From Bdellovibrionales bacterium (lineage in GTDB: Bacteria; Bdellovibrionota; Bdellovibrionia; Bdellovibrionales; CAYMLA01), in NCBI GenBank assembly GCA_965217115.1, contig OZ244239.1, positions 224,001-288,000 on the forward strand: DNA of 64,000 nt. Reading direction: 5' to 3'. Position 1 is the first letter of the stretch; each line of letters begins with the position of its first letter. The notes under the pieces are model-generated. The model saw only the letters and a program-made list of their open reading frames with translations, had not been told where the DNA came from and did not search any database. The position numbers were made by a program, and so were the translations under genes. Below are positions 47,313 through 57,030 of this stretch, in pieces.

Positions 47313-48854
47313 CTACTCCCACTCAATGGTTCCGGGGGGCTTGCTGGTCACATCATAAACCACACGGTTAACCCCTGAAACTTCATTAGTAATTCTATTA
47401 GAGAGATTTTTCATAAAATCTGGGGAAAATGGGTGCCAATCAGCCGTCATACCATCTTGACTCGTCACTGCCCTAATCACTAAAACCTTTTCATAAGTTC
47501 GCGCATCACCCTGAACACCCACCGTCTTCACGGGTAATAAAACACAAAATGCCTGCCAAATTTTATCGTAAAGGTTTTTATCTTTTAATTCACGGATATA
47601 AATATCATCACAATCGCGTAAAACATCCAGTGATTCTTTTGTCACTTCTCCCATGATACGAATGGCAAGCCCTGGTCCTGGAAATGGATGACGCCAAAGC
47701 ACATCTCTTGATAAACCTAATTGCTTTCCTAAATGCCTCACCTCGTCCTTAAAAAGTTCTCTCAAGGGCTCTACCAAATCCAAATCCATCTTATCTGGCA
47801 AACCACCCACGTTGTGATGGGACTTAATCGTCGCCGATTCTCCACGGAGGGAAACACTCTCGATCACATCTGGATATAAGGTCCCCTGCGCCAGCCACTT
47901 CACCTGATTCGGTAAGTTCTTTGTCGCCTCCATAAAGACATCAATAAAAAGACCACCAATGATCTTTCTCTTTTTCTCAGGATCAGAGACACCACTTAGT
48001 TTCTCTACAAAAAGTTCACTAGCATCTACCCCTTGAACATTAAGTCCTACTTTTTGATAGAGATTTAGAACGCTTTCATATTCATTTTTTCGCAATAAAC
48101 CATTATTAACAAAAACACAGTGCACTCTCTGAGCACCTAATGCCTTTGTTAACAAAGTTCCAACTACTGTTGAATCCACACCTCCACTGATAGCACAGAG
48201 AACATGATCCTCAACGCCTACTTTTTGCCGAACCGACTCCAACAAATGCTCGGCAATGAATCCAGAATTCCAAGTTTTCTTAGCCTTGCAATACTTCTGA
48301 GCAAAATGTTGGAAGAGCTTTTCACCATGCTGAGTGTGACTCACCTCTGGATGAAACTGCATGGCCATCACGCCAGGCCCCTCCATCGCCGCTGGATGAT
48401 TGAACTCCGAATAAGCTGTTACACTAAACCCAGGAGGAGGAGCCTTTAAAATATCTCCATGACTCATCCAAACTTTTTGTTTCAGAGGAACACCATAAAG
48501 ATCTCTCTTCCAGCTGATCTCATTATCTCCGTATTCTTTCGTTTCAGCTTTTTCTATAACACCGCCAAGCTCTTTAGCTATTAGCTGCATTCCATAACAA
48601 ATACCCAAGAGTGGAGCTATCTCCGCAAGCTCTTTCACGGTCCTATGTGGAGAGTCTTCATTGTTCACAGAGCTAGGTCCACCACTGAGAATAATTCCCG
48701 CGGGATTCATTTTTTTTATTTTTTCAATATCTACATCATAGGGAAACAACTCCGAGTAATAACCCAACTCTCTAAAACGTCGGGCAATCACTTGAGTTAG
48801 TTGTGACCCAAAATCCAATATTGCAAATCCACCATGCACAGTTTCTACTGCCAC
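47313..48854 (-). CDS. guaA: GMP synthase (glutamine-hydrolysing)
   Basis: LDFGSQ, GICYGMQ, QFHPEV, SGGVDS, QGTLYPDVIES, HPFPGPGL, KPPGTIEWE. Confidence 0.98.
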   Translation of the reverse strand: MAVETVHGGFAILDFGSQLTQVIARRFRELGYYSELFPYDVDIEKIKKMNPAGIILSGGPSSVNNEDSPHRTVKELAEIAPLLGICYGMQLIAKELGGVIEKAETKEYGDNEISWKRDLYGVPLKQKVWMSHGDILKAPPPGFSVTAYSEFNHPAAMEGPGVMAMQFHPEVSHTQHGEKLFQHFAQKYCKAKKTWNSGFIAEHLLESVRQKVGVEDHVLCAISGGVDSTVVGTLLTKALGAQRVHCVFVNNGLLRKNEYESVLNLYQKVGLNVQGVDASELFVEKLSGVSDPEKKRKIIGGLFIDVFMEATKNLPNQVKWLAQGTLYPDVIESVSLRGESATIKSHHNVGGLPDKMDLDLVEPLRELFKDEVRHLGKQLGLSRDVLWRHPFPGPGLAIRIMGEVTKESLDVLRDCDDIYIRELKDKNLYDKIWQAFCVLLPVKTVGVQGDARTYEKVLVIRAVTSQDGMTADWHPFSPDFMKNLSNRITNEVSGVNRVVYDVTSKPPGTIEWE

Positions 48855-48885
48855 ATCATTCTCCTGATAATACTTTAATAAAGAA

Positions 48886-50355
48886 TCACAACAAATGGTA
48901 ATTTGGAGATTCTTTGGTTATGCTCACATCATGCACATGACTCTCCTTCAAACCCTGGGGACTGATGCGTACAAACTCTGCCTTCTCCTGCAACTTCTCT
49001 ATGTTTTTTGCTCCCAAATAACCCATACCCGATTTTAGACCACCAACAAGCTGATGCAAAATACCAGAAACTGGCCCCTTAAAAGCCACCTTACCCTCAA
49101 TTCCCTCTGGCACTAGCTTCTCGGCATCAAACACATCTGCCTGTCCATAGCGATCTTTTGACCCTTTGCCCATGGCTGCCAAACTGCCCATACCACGATA
49201 GGATTTATAACTACGGCCCTGATACAAAATCAGTTCACCAGGACTCTCACCTGTTCCCGCTAAAAGGTTTCCAATCATCACCGTATTAGCACCCGATGCC
49301 ACGGCTTTTACAATATCTCCAGAAAATTTAATTCCACCATCGGCAATGATTGTCTTGCCTTTTTTTCTTGCCACCTCGGCACAATCCATCACTGCAGTGA
49401 TCTGTGGCATTCCCACACCAGATATAACACGCGTCGTGCAAATACTTCCAGGACCTACCCCCACCTTCACTACATCTGCGCCACTATTGAAGAGACTCTC
49501 TGCTCCTTCAGGTGTTATCACATTCCCTGCGACAATGACCAAGTCAGGATGTTTGCCCCTCATATGCTCCACCATTTTTAAAACATTTTTTGAATGGCCA
49601 TGGGCCGTATCAATCGTCAATACGTCCACCCCTGCTGCAATCAGAGCCTCAGACCGATCTACAGAATCTGAACCCACACCCACCGCAGCTCCCACCAATA
49701 AGCGCCCGTGGGAATCCTTTGATGCCATAGGGTATGCCTTGGCTTTTTGAATATCTTTAATCGTGAGCAATCCTGATAAGTGCCCCCCTTTATCAACCAC
49801 AAGAAGTTTTTCAATACGATACTGATGAAGAAGTTTCTTAGCTTCCTCCAAGGTCGTCCCCTCAGAGGTTGTCACTAAACCATCCTTTGTCATCACTTGA
49901 CTCACAGATTGCTGAAGATTCGTCTCAAAACGAAGATCTCTGTTCGTCAAAATGCCCACGAGTTTTTTGCCTTTTTCAACGACAGGTAGACCACTGATAG
50001 AATATTTCTTCATTAATTCCAACGCATCCTGGACCGAGTTATCTGGATTTAATGTGATAGGGTCCATGATCATGCCACTTTCATGCTTCTTCACCTTTTC
50101 CACATGGAATGCTTGATCTTCAATGGACATATTCTTATGAATTATACCCAAGCCGCCATGTTGAGCCATCATCTGAGCAATCTTACTCTCAGTCACCGTA
50201 TCCATTGCCGCAGAAATAATCGGAACATTTAAATAAATATCTTTTGCAAAAAACACCTTTGTCTCGACCTCAGAAGGAATCACCTCCGAATACTTAGGCA
50301 CAAGCAAAACATCATCAAAGGTCAATGCATAACGAAAGTTCTCTTGCTTCTTCAT
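48886..50355 (-). CDS. guaB: IMP dehydrogenase
   Basis: LTFDDVLLVP, SAAMDTVTE, CBS pair, GVGPGSICTTR, IADGGI, YRGMGS, VPEGIEG. Confidence 0.98.
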   Translation of the reverse strand: MKKQENFRYALTFDDVLLVPKYSEVIPSEVETKVFFAKDIYLNVPIISAAMDTVTESKIAQMMAQHGGLGIIHKNMSIEDQAFHVEKVKKHESGMIMDPITLNPDNSVQDALELMKKYSISGLPVVEKGKKLVGILTNRDLRFETNLQQSVSQVMTKDGLVTTSEGTTLEEAKKLLHQYRIEKLLVVDKGGHLSGLLTIKDIQKAKAYPMASKDSHGRLLVGAAVGVGSDSVDRSEALIAAGVDVLTIDTAHGHSKNVLKMVEHMRGKHPDLVIVAGNVITPEGAESLFNSGADVVKVGVGPGSICTTRVISGVGMPQITAVMDCAEVARKKGKTIIADGGIKFSGDIVKAVASGANTVMIGNLLAGTGESPGELILYQGRSYKSYRGMGSLAAMGKGSKDRYGQADVFDAEKLVPEGIEGKVAFKGPVSGILHQLVGGLKSGMGYLGAKNIEKLQEKAEFVRISPQGLKESHVHDVSITKESPNYHLL

Positions 50356-50382
50356 ATTTACCCTACCTTTTCTAATTTCCTT

Positions 50383-50904
50383 TCAATACCAGGATTTATA
50401 AATTAAATAATTATCAGGAGACTTGTTAATTACTATTTTCTCCTTCTCCGATAGTGGACGTATAACTTTACCTGGATTACCAAAAACCAACATCCCATCC
50501 TCTACGACAGTTCCCTCTGTTAACAATGTCCCTGCGCCAATCAAGCAACCTCTACCGATTTTTACCTGATCCATAATAATAGCACCCATCCCAATTAAGC
50601 TGTTTTCTCCTATCTCACAGCCATGGATCAAGGCCCCGTGACCAATGGACACGCGATCATCTAAAGTTGCACCACATTTTTTATAAGTTCCATGGATAAT
50701 CGCCCCATCTTGAATATTGCACTCCTTCCCTACCCTAATCGAGCAAACATCCCCGCGAATCACGGCCCCAAACCATATCGATGATCTATCTCCAATTTTT
50801 ACGTCACCAATCACAGAGGCCGTTTCAGCAATAAACACATCCGCACCAATATGGGGCTTTACCTTATCACTAACATTGGTTCGATCTCTAATTTCTAACA
50901 ACAT
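50383..50904 (-). CDS. Gamma carbonic anhydrase family protein (YrdA/CaiE-like)
   Basis: Hexapeptide repeats, IGDV.IG, RGD, NIQD..IIH, IGH..LIHGC. Confidence 0.9.
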   Translation of the reverse strand: MLLEIRDRTNVSDKVKPHIGADVFIAETASVIGDVKIGDRSSIWFGAVIRGDVCSIRVGKECNIQDGAIIHGTYKKCGATLDDRVSIGHGALIHGCEIGENSLIGMGAIIMDQVKIGRGCLIGAGTLLTEGTVVEDGMLVFGNPGKVIRPLSEKEKIVINKSPDNYLIYKSWY

Positions 50905-50929
50905 TCATCGATCTCCAAGTAAAGAAAGA

Positions 50930-51457
50930 TCACATTAAATACTTATGGGACCTTAATTGTGCGTAATTAGAAATATCTATTCCCTGAGCCACATCTGTTG
51001 GGTCAATCTCCATTACGCGACTCTCTTGTATGAACTGAGCAGTGCCATAAAATGGAGTTTCTAACTCCAAACAAATAGTCATTACATCCTCTATAAGAAC
51101 ACGCATTTTACGCAGATTTGGGTGGTTTTTAAAATACAAAACTCCATACTGCTGTTGTCTTGAAATATCAGTAAACACACACTTAGAAATTTCTAAATTT
51201 AAACTCTCTAATAAATTTAATAAAAAACTATCTCTCGTTTTGGACATCCCGTTCTTGAGCTTTTGATCAACAAGTATCGCCGCTTCAAGAGGATTTAAAA
51301 AAATAGGAAGGGACACTGTGGTATTCTCCGATTTCATAATCATCATCGGACACTCCATATTCCCAGTTAAAGTCACTCCGTAGGGGAACAATCTAATGGT
51401 TTCACTCTTGAGTGAATGCTTAAAAACCTTATCTATCGGTATCGACATCTTGTTCAC
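50930..51457 (-). CDS. Bifunctional nuclease (DUF151)-like protein
   Basis: P.MI.K....SLPIFL...EA..I pattern and size. Divergent. Confidence 0.55.
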   Translation of the reverse strand: MNKMSIPIDKVFKHSLKSETIRLFPYGVTLTGNMECPMMIMKSENTTVSLPIFLNPLEAAILVDQKLKNGMSKTRDSFLLNLLESLNLEISKCVFTDISRQQQYGVLYFKNHPNLRKMRVLIEDVMTICLELETPFYGTAQFIQESRVMEIDPTDVAQGIDISNYAQLRSHKYLM

Positions 51458-52776
51458 AATACTAACTCCCCCCTGAACGTGTTAGGCATTGAACGGGTGA
51501 CACTGACGTTAACAGTTCTCCCTATCAAATTTTGATTTCCAAAAAAATGGACTAATTTGTTGTGGGAGGAACGGCCAGACAAAGTTTTTCGCTTATCATC
51601 CCATTTTTCTACCAACACAGGGAATACTTGGCCCTCATACTTCTTAACCAGCTCCATAGAGAGTTCATGATGTCTTGTGAACAAGCGATCTAGTCGTTCA
51701 CTTTTCACCCCTTCTTCAATCTGGTTTGTAAACTGAGAGGCCTTAGTAAAGGGACGTGGGCTGTACTTAAAGGCAAACAAGGTTTCGTATTGGGCCTCTT
51801 CGAGTAAACTCATGGTCAACTCAAAGTCTTCTTCTGTTTCACCAGGAAATCCTACGATAATATCTGTAGAAAAAACGACCTCTGGTATTATTTCCCGAAT
51901 CATATTTAACTTCTCTAGATAAATCTCACGGGAATAACCTCGATTCATCTCAGATAGAACCCTCGTACTTCCTGATTGAACGGGGAGATGGATATAATCA
52001 CATATTTTTTCACGATACTTCTGACTAATCTCACACAGCTCTCTATCAAAATCCTTAGGGTGACTTGTTGTGTAGCGAATTCTTTCTATACTCGTGTCTT
52101 CGGCCACTGCCTTGAGTAGATGAGAAAAATGGGCCCCGCACTCTGATTTATACGAATTAACATTCTGTCCAAGTAGAGTGACTTCCTTCACCCCCCTGTT
52201 CACTAGGTTTTGAATATCTTTTATCAAATCTTGTAAGGGGCGACTCTTCTCCCTTCCCCGTGTGTAAGGGACGACGCAAAAAGTGCAAAAATTATCACAG
52301 CCTTTGGTGATATTCACAAAAGTCGACACTCCTGGGTTTCGTACCAAAGTGTCTACATGGTAGGGCTCTCTATGACGGAATCGGGCTGAAACTAATTTCT
52401 TGTTTTTCTCCCTCACTTCAGAAATAATTTCAGGAAGGCTATCAATCGCATCTGTACCAAAGACAAAATCCAACGCCGGAATATCATCAAGTAGGCGCTT
52501 TTTCTCCTGTTGCCCAACACAGCCGCCAACCCCAATCATTAAACGGGGGTTTTTCTTCTTTAACAGACGATAGCGGCCCACTTCAGAATGCACCTTATGC
52601 ACGGGCTTCTCACGCACGCTACAAGAGTTAATAATAATCACTTCAGCCTGATCTGGCGACATCACTGGCGAATAATTCTGCATCTCTAATAAAGAGTACA
52701 TTCTCTCCGTATCATTCACATTCATCTGACAACCGTAGGTAGAAATATAAACCCCACCCACTCTCTGAGTCTCCAT
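51454..52776 (-). CDS. miaB: tRNA-i6A37 methylthiotransferase
   Basis: TYGCQMN..D, NSCSVRE, GGCVGQ, GCDNFCTFCVVP radical SAM motif, LLGQNVNSY, DIIVGFPGET, TRAM domain. Confidence 0.97.
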   Translation of the reverse strand: METQRVGGVYISTYGCQMNVNDTERMYSLLEMQNYSPVMSPDQAEVIIINSCSVREKPVHKVHSEVGRYRLLKKKNPRLMIGVGGCVGQQEKKRLLDDIPALDFVFGTDAIDSLPEIISEVREKNKKLVSARFRHREPYHVDTLVRNPGVSTFVNITKGCDNFCTFCVVPYTRGREKSRPLQDLIKDIQNLVNRGVKEVTLLGQNVNSYKSECGAHFSHLLKAVAEDTSIERIRYTTSHPKDFDRELCEISQKYREKICDYIHLPVQSGSTRVLSEMNRGYSREIYLEKLNMIREIIPEVVFSTDIIVGFPGETEEDFELTMSLLEEAQYETLFAFKYSPRPFTKASQFTNQIEEGVKSERLDRLFTRHHELSMELVKKYEGQVFPVLVEKWDDKRKTLSGRSSHNKLVHFFGNQNLIGRTVNVSVTRSMPNTFRGELVL

Positions 52777-52817
52777 CAGTATCCCTTTGCATTAGAAGCC
52801 TAAATGGGTTATAAGGG

Positions 52818-52834
52818 GACTCCCTAAGGGAGTC
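52818..52834. promoter_or_regulatory. Perfect palindrome in the divergent miaB intergenic region
   Basis: GACTCCC-TAA-GGGAGTC. Confidence 0.35.
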
Positions 52835-52874
52835 AATCACACTGGCGATATTGTTTAATTTATGGAGTCTTTAT

Positions 52875-53420
52875 ATGGATTTAGCCTTTAAACCACGACT
52901 GGATAGCTCAGTGAAATGGACGCCGCTCCCCCAGGAATTCGTAGGGCAAATCCAGGAGATCTTTGAAGAGAATTTTCAGGACAGTTTCGCTCAAAACCAC
53001 TTCATTGTACAAGGGCAGGTCTATCCCCAGGAGATTCTCCTGAGAATTGGCCACATTGCTAAGAGCAGCATAAGGCAAAAGAACTTTGAGGCTTCCATTG
53101 AGTACAATCAAAAGACAGATGACCTCAAGGAGTGTATCTATATTGCTGTTGATCTTATCGCCTCGCTTATGACCGATTACCTAAAGATAGAAAATCTTGA
53201 AGAAGACTCTGATAAGAGCTTCTACTTTCCCCTTGAGTGGAAAGAACACAGAGTAGAGAAAAAGGTCATTTATCTTAAATCCTCTTCCGTAAATACAGAA
53301 CTTGAAGCCAAAGCGGATCAATTATTGGGGAGTTATGCAACAGAAGAGCTTGTTACAGAAATCGACACTGCTACAGATGCTCTCGATCATTCCTTCCCAG
53401 ACCCAGAACTCTGTCATTAA
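52875..53420 (+). CDS. Conserved-looking acidic hypothetical protein
   Basis: Open frame with GGAG RBS before ATG 52875 (ORF track 52851). WTPLP and NTELEAKADQLLG motifs, family not named. Confidence 0.65.
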   Translation: MDLAFKPRLDSSVKWTPLPQEFVGQIQEIFEENFQDSFAQNHFIVQGQVYPQEILLRIGHIAKSSIRQKNFEASIEYNQKTDDLKECIYIAVDLIASLMTDYLKIENLEEDSDKSFYFPLEWKEHRVEKKVIYLKSSSVNTELEAKADQLLGSYATEELVTEIDTATDALDHSFPDPELCH

Positions 53421-53436
53421 TTAAAGTCGATCTCAA

Positions 53437-54033
53437 TCATCCTTGTCTCTTTAAAGACCGTCTTTTCCATAGCCAAACTAAAACTATAATTAACCCTAGA
53501 ATAAAAATCGCTTTCTGGGTTCTCTTTATATAATCAATTATCATCTCGCCATAAATATAATAGAGACTAAAATAACTCACCGTCGATACCGTGCAAGCTA
53601 TCAAATCACAAAAAGCAAAACGCTTAAATTCCATTTTACCTAAGCCAGCCGTTAGAAACAGACCATTACGCACTCCAAAGGGTATGAAGCGACCCAGTAA
53701 TAAGGTGACGACCCCATATTGTTCATAGAAATGAGATATCCTGCTCACCTTATCTCGCGAGATCATGTTAGCAAAGAGGCGAAAATTCCATAATTTTGGC
53801 CCCATATGTCTACCCAACTGATAGCATATTAAATCTGATAGGTAAGCTCCGAGAAAAACACTGATAAATAGCTGGCTCAGGAGTTCTGGATTCTGAACTG
53901 CCAGGGTTGCTGACACAAAAAGCATTAAGTCTTCAGATACAGGTATGTTAAATCCAGCAAGCAGAAGAAGAAAAAAAATAATGTACGGTGCCCACAAAAT
54001 GTGACTCTGTATAAAATTTAAAATAAGATCCAT
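53437..54033 (-). CDS. DedA family membrane protein
   Basis: GFNIPVSEDL, G...SD...Y.LGR, YG..TLLLGRFIPFGVR, AG..KM...RF...D. Confidence 0.9.
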   Translation of the reverse strand: MDLILNFIQSHILWAPYIIFFLLLLAGFNIPVSEDLMLFVSATLAVQNPELLSQLFISVFLGAYLSDLICYQLGRHMGPKLWNFRLFANMISRDKVSRISHFYEQYGVVTLLLGRFIPFGVRNGLFLTAGLGKMEFKRFAFCDLIACTVSTVSYFSLYYIYGEMIIDYIKRTQKAIFILGLIIVLVWLWKRRSLKRQG

Positions 54034-54034
54034 T

Positions 54035-55249
54035 CTACTCTTTACCCTTACTTCTCTGTCTCTGTTTATCTATAGGATCTAAAACCACTTCCTTTTGTTT
54101 ACGTATAGCCTTATCTATCTTCGTAATTAAACCTATATCCGAAGGAGTTACAAAGTTAATCACTTTTCCTGATCGGCCAATTCGTGCCGTGCGGCCAGTG
54201 CGGTGAAGATAATCGTCAGTTCTTAGGGGTAGATCAAAATTTAACACCCAACTAATATTCTCAATATCTATGCCTCGTGCGGCAACATCTGTCGCAAACA
54301 AAACTCGGTAGGTTTTAGATATGAACTTTTGCATGTCAGATTTTCTCTCCAATGCAGTCCTTTCACCATGAATCAGACCAACACCCACAGAACATTTTTT
54401 ATTCTGCAAATAGAGATACGATTTCTCTAACCATGACTTCGTATTAAAAAATACAATTCCTTGGGTCTCCTTATGCTCATCCAAGAACTCCCTTAAAGCA
54501 GCCATTTTGTGTTTAGAATCCATCTCTATGTTGGAAGTTTGCACTTTATTAACAATCTTGTGGGCTCCATCAATCATGATCTTTTCAAACGATGTCTCAG
54601 TAAAAATCTCATTCACCTTCTCTTCAAGATCAGAGGGAAACGTTGCACAAAACAACCCCACCTGTAAAGATTTCGTCTTCATCTTTCTATAAAGCCTCCC
54701 AATAGAAAGATTAAATCCCATGTCCATCAAAAGATCGACTTCATCTAAAACTAGTACCTGCACATCCTCAAGATGAATCTTTCCCCTCTGGATTTGCTCT
54801 TCAATTTTTTCAGGGCTCCCGATAAGAATTTCAAAACAAGACTGTTCTAGAGGGATATCTCGACCTCTCTTATCCCCACCAACTATAAGCTTCACCCTTA
54901 AACGTATGTGATGGCAGATAGACTTTATCACTTTAGATAACTGAACTGATAATTCACGGGTCGGAGCTAAAATAACAACCTTGGGTCGCCCTGGACGAGT
55001 CTCCACTCCATTTTTCTCTTCCTCTGCCTTTGCTATTTCCAATATCGGCCACGCAAAGGAAAAAGTCTTGCCACTGCCTGTCTGAGCCACAACCAAAGGT
55101 GACTTTCCTTCTAGAAATACAGGAATAGTCGTTCTTTGAACATCCGTAGGCTCTTTAATGCCATTTTCACTTAAAAATGAAGACAGCTTTTTTGATAATC
55201 CCAACGCTTTTAAATCCATATTAATACCATCTATATTATTTACAGCCAC
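54035..55249 (-). CDS. DEAD/DEAH-box RNA helicase
   Basis: Q motif PTDVQ, AQTGSGKT, PTREL, DEVD, CAT (motif III), TDVAARGID, HRTGRTAR. Confidence 0.93.
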   Translation of the reverse strand: MAVNNIDGINMDLKALGLSKKLSSFLSENGIKEPTDVQRTTIPVFLEGKSPLVVAQTGSGKTFSFAWPILEIAKAEEEKNGVETRPGRPKVVILAPTRELSVQLSKVIKSICHHIRLRVKLIVGGDKRGRDIPLEQSCFEILIGSPEKIEEQIQRGKIHLEDVQVLVLDEVDLLMDMGFNLSIGRLYRKMKTKSLQVGLFCATFPSDLEEKVNEIFTETSFEKIMIDGAHKIVNKVQTSNIEMDSKHKMAALREFLDEHKETQGIVFFNTKSWLEKSYLYLQNKKCSVGVGLIHGERTALERKSDMQKFISKTYRVLFATDVAARGIDIENISWVLNFDLPLRTDDYLHRTGRTARIGRSGKVINFVTPSDIGLITKIDKAIRKQKEVVLDPIDKQRQRSKGKE

Positions 55250-55272
55250 TTAAGTGTGTTTTACGCCATATC

Positions 55273-57030
55273 TTAGCTCGAAGCACTCGTGTACATATCA
55301 TAATAATGTCTTTTTTGGGCTAATAATTCTTTATGAGTTCCTCTTTCAGCGATTTCTCCACCCTTAATCAGCAATATCTGGTCACACTCCTCAATCGTCG
55401 AAAGACGATGGGCAATCACTATCACTGTTCTCCCCTGTAAAATCAAAGAAATAGCGTCTTGAACCAATTTCTCTGATTCAGGATCTACCGACGATGTCGC
55501 TTCATCCAAAATAATAATTTTAGGCCTCTTCACCAGCGCGCGGGCAAAAACAATGAGTTGCCTCTGACCATGGGAGAGATTCCCCCCCTGCTCCTTAACT
55601 TCAAATTCCCACTGCCCAGGAAGTTCTTCCACGATTTGATCCAAACCCACAACACAGGCAGCTGCCTTAATATCCTCTAAAGGAATAGACGAGTCACCCA
55701 TGCTAATATTAAAAGACAATGAACCCGTAAAAAGTGTTATCTCCTGAGGAACAATCGCGATCTCCCTGCGCAATAAAAATGGCTCTATCTCTTTAAGATT
55801 CTGCTTATCTAATAGGATATCCCCTTCATAACCATCATATAACTTAGACAAGAGTTTAATGATCGTCGATTTGCCACCTCCTGTTGGGCCTACAAGAGCA
55901 ATGGAACTTCCTTGGGGAACAGTAAAACTCACTCTCTTTAAGATATAGTTCATCTCTGATAGATCATAGCAGAAAGAGACATTATCAAACTCTACACAGC
56001 CCTTATCAAACTGTGGTTCTTTGTCTCCACTGATAAAATCCTTTATATCAAGAATACCAAAAATTCTTTCAATCGCAGTGAACACCCCTTGAATCATCGC
56101 CATCCGACTGCCTAAACTTTTTAGAGGCTCAAACAACGATTGCACATATTGAATAAAGGCAACGATAATTCCCAGGGACAGTCCACTGAATAATTCACTG
56201 GACACCCCAAACCATTTAAGTGACGTCCATAAGACTACACCAATAGCGATTGAGGAAATTCCTTCGATCACTGAGAACATAAGCGCATCCACATTCACAC
56301 TACCTATTTGCGCCTTTCGCGCTTCTTCATTCAATGAAAAGTATCTCCTCTGAGACTCTTCTTGGGCGTTAAGAACCTTTAGCGTATTAGAACCTTGCAT
56401 GCACTCTTGCACATAAGCGTTTGCAGCCGCGACTTTTTTCCTTGCTCTTAACATCGCCTTTTTTAATTTCTGCGAAAAAAAGTTTATAGCCCAAATTCCT
56501 ATGAGCAACATAGATAACACAACAAGAGAGAGCTTAATATTCAGGGCAAACATTCCAAGCAAGCACCCCAATAGAACGGCGATATCCACAATGGCACTTA
56601 GAATACCCTGGTCAAGTGATGCACTCAAATTATCAAAATCACCCGTTGTTCTTGTCGCTAATGCCCCACTTAGGGTCTTATCATGGTAAGCGGCCTTCAA
56701 ACGTAAAATATGTTGAGCCAAGGCATTGCGAAGATGCATAATCATTCTATTCACAGCAACAGCCGCCATAATGGCCTGTCCTGTACGCAATAAATAGTTC
56801 AAGGTAACTAAGAGAAAATACATCGCTCCAACCCAATAGAGGGTCTCCGTTTCACCTAAAATAATTCCATCATCAATCCCTCTCTTGAATAGATAAGGGA
56901 TTAGAGCATTCACCAGAGCAATAAAAGGGACAAGAAACAGACTGAAATAAATATATCTCTTGTTCTCCGTAAAATAAGGCCATAGACGTTTCAAGCTCAA
57001 TAGATCTTCACGAATTCCTTTATATTTCAT
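55273..57030 (-). CDS. ABC exporter half-transporter (MdlB/BmrD-like)
   Basis: 6-TM domain plus NBD with GPTGGGKS, degenerate signature LSHGQRQ, IILDEATS, IAHRL. Confidence 0.9.
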   Translation of the reverse strand: MKYKGIREDLLSLKRLWPYFTENKRYIYFSLFLVPFIALVNALIPYLFKRGIDDGIILGETETLYWVGAMYFLLVTLNYLLRTGQAIMAAVAVNRMIMHLRNALAQHILRLKAAYHDKTLSGALATRTTGDFDNLSASLDQGILSAIVDIAVLLGCLLGMFALNIKLSLVVLSMLLIGIWAINFFSQKLKKAMLRARKKVAAANAYVQECMQGSNTLKVLNAQEESQRRYFSLNEEARKAQIGSVNVDALMFSVIEGISSIAIGVVLWTSLKWFGVSSELFSGLSLGIIVAFIQYVQSLFEPLKSLGSRMAMIQGVFTAIERIFGILDIKDFISGDKEPQFDKGCVEFDNVSFCYDLSEMNYILKRVSFTVPQGSSIALVGPTGGGKSTIIKLLSKLYDGYEGDILLDKQNLKEIEPFLLRREIAIVPQEITLFTGSLSFNISMGDSSIPLEDIKAAACVVGLDQIVEELPGQWEFEVKEQGGNLSHGQRQLIVFARALVKRPKIIILDEATSSVDPESEKLVQDAISLILQGRTVIVIAHRLSTIEECDQILLIKGGEIAERGTHKELLAQKRHYYDMYTSASS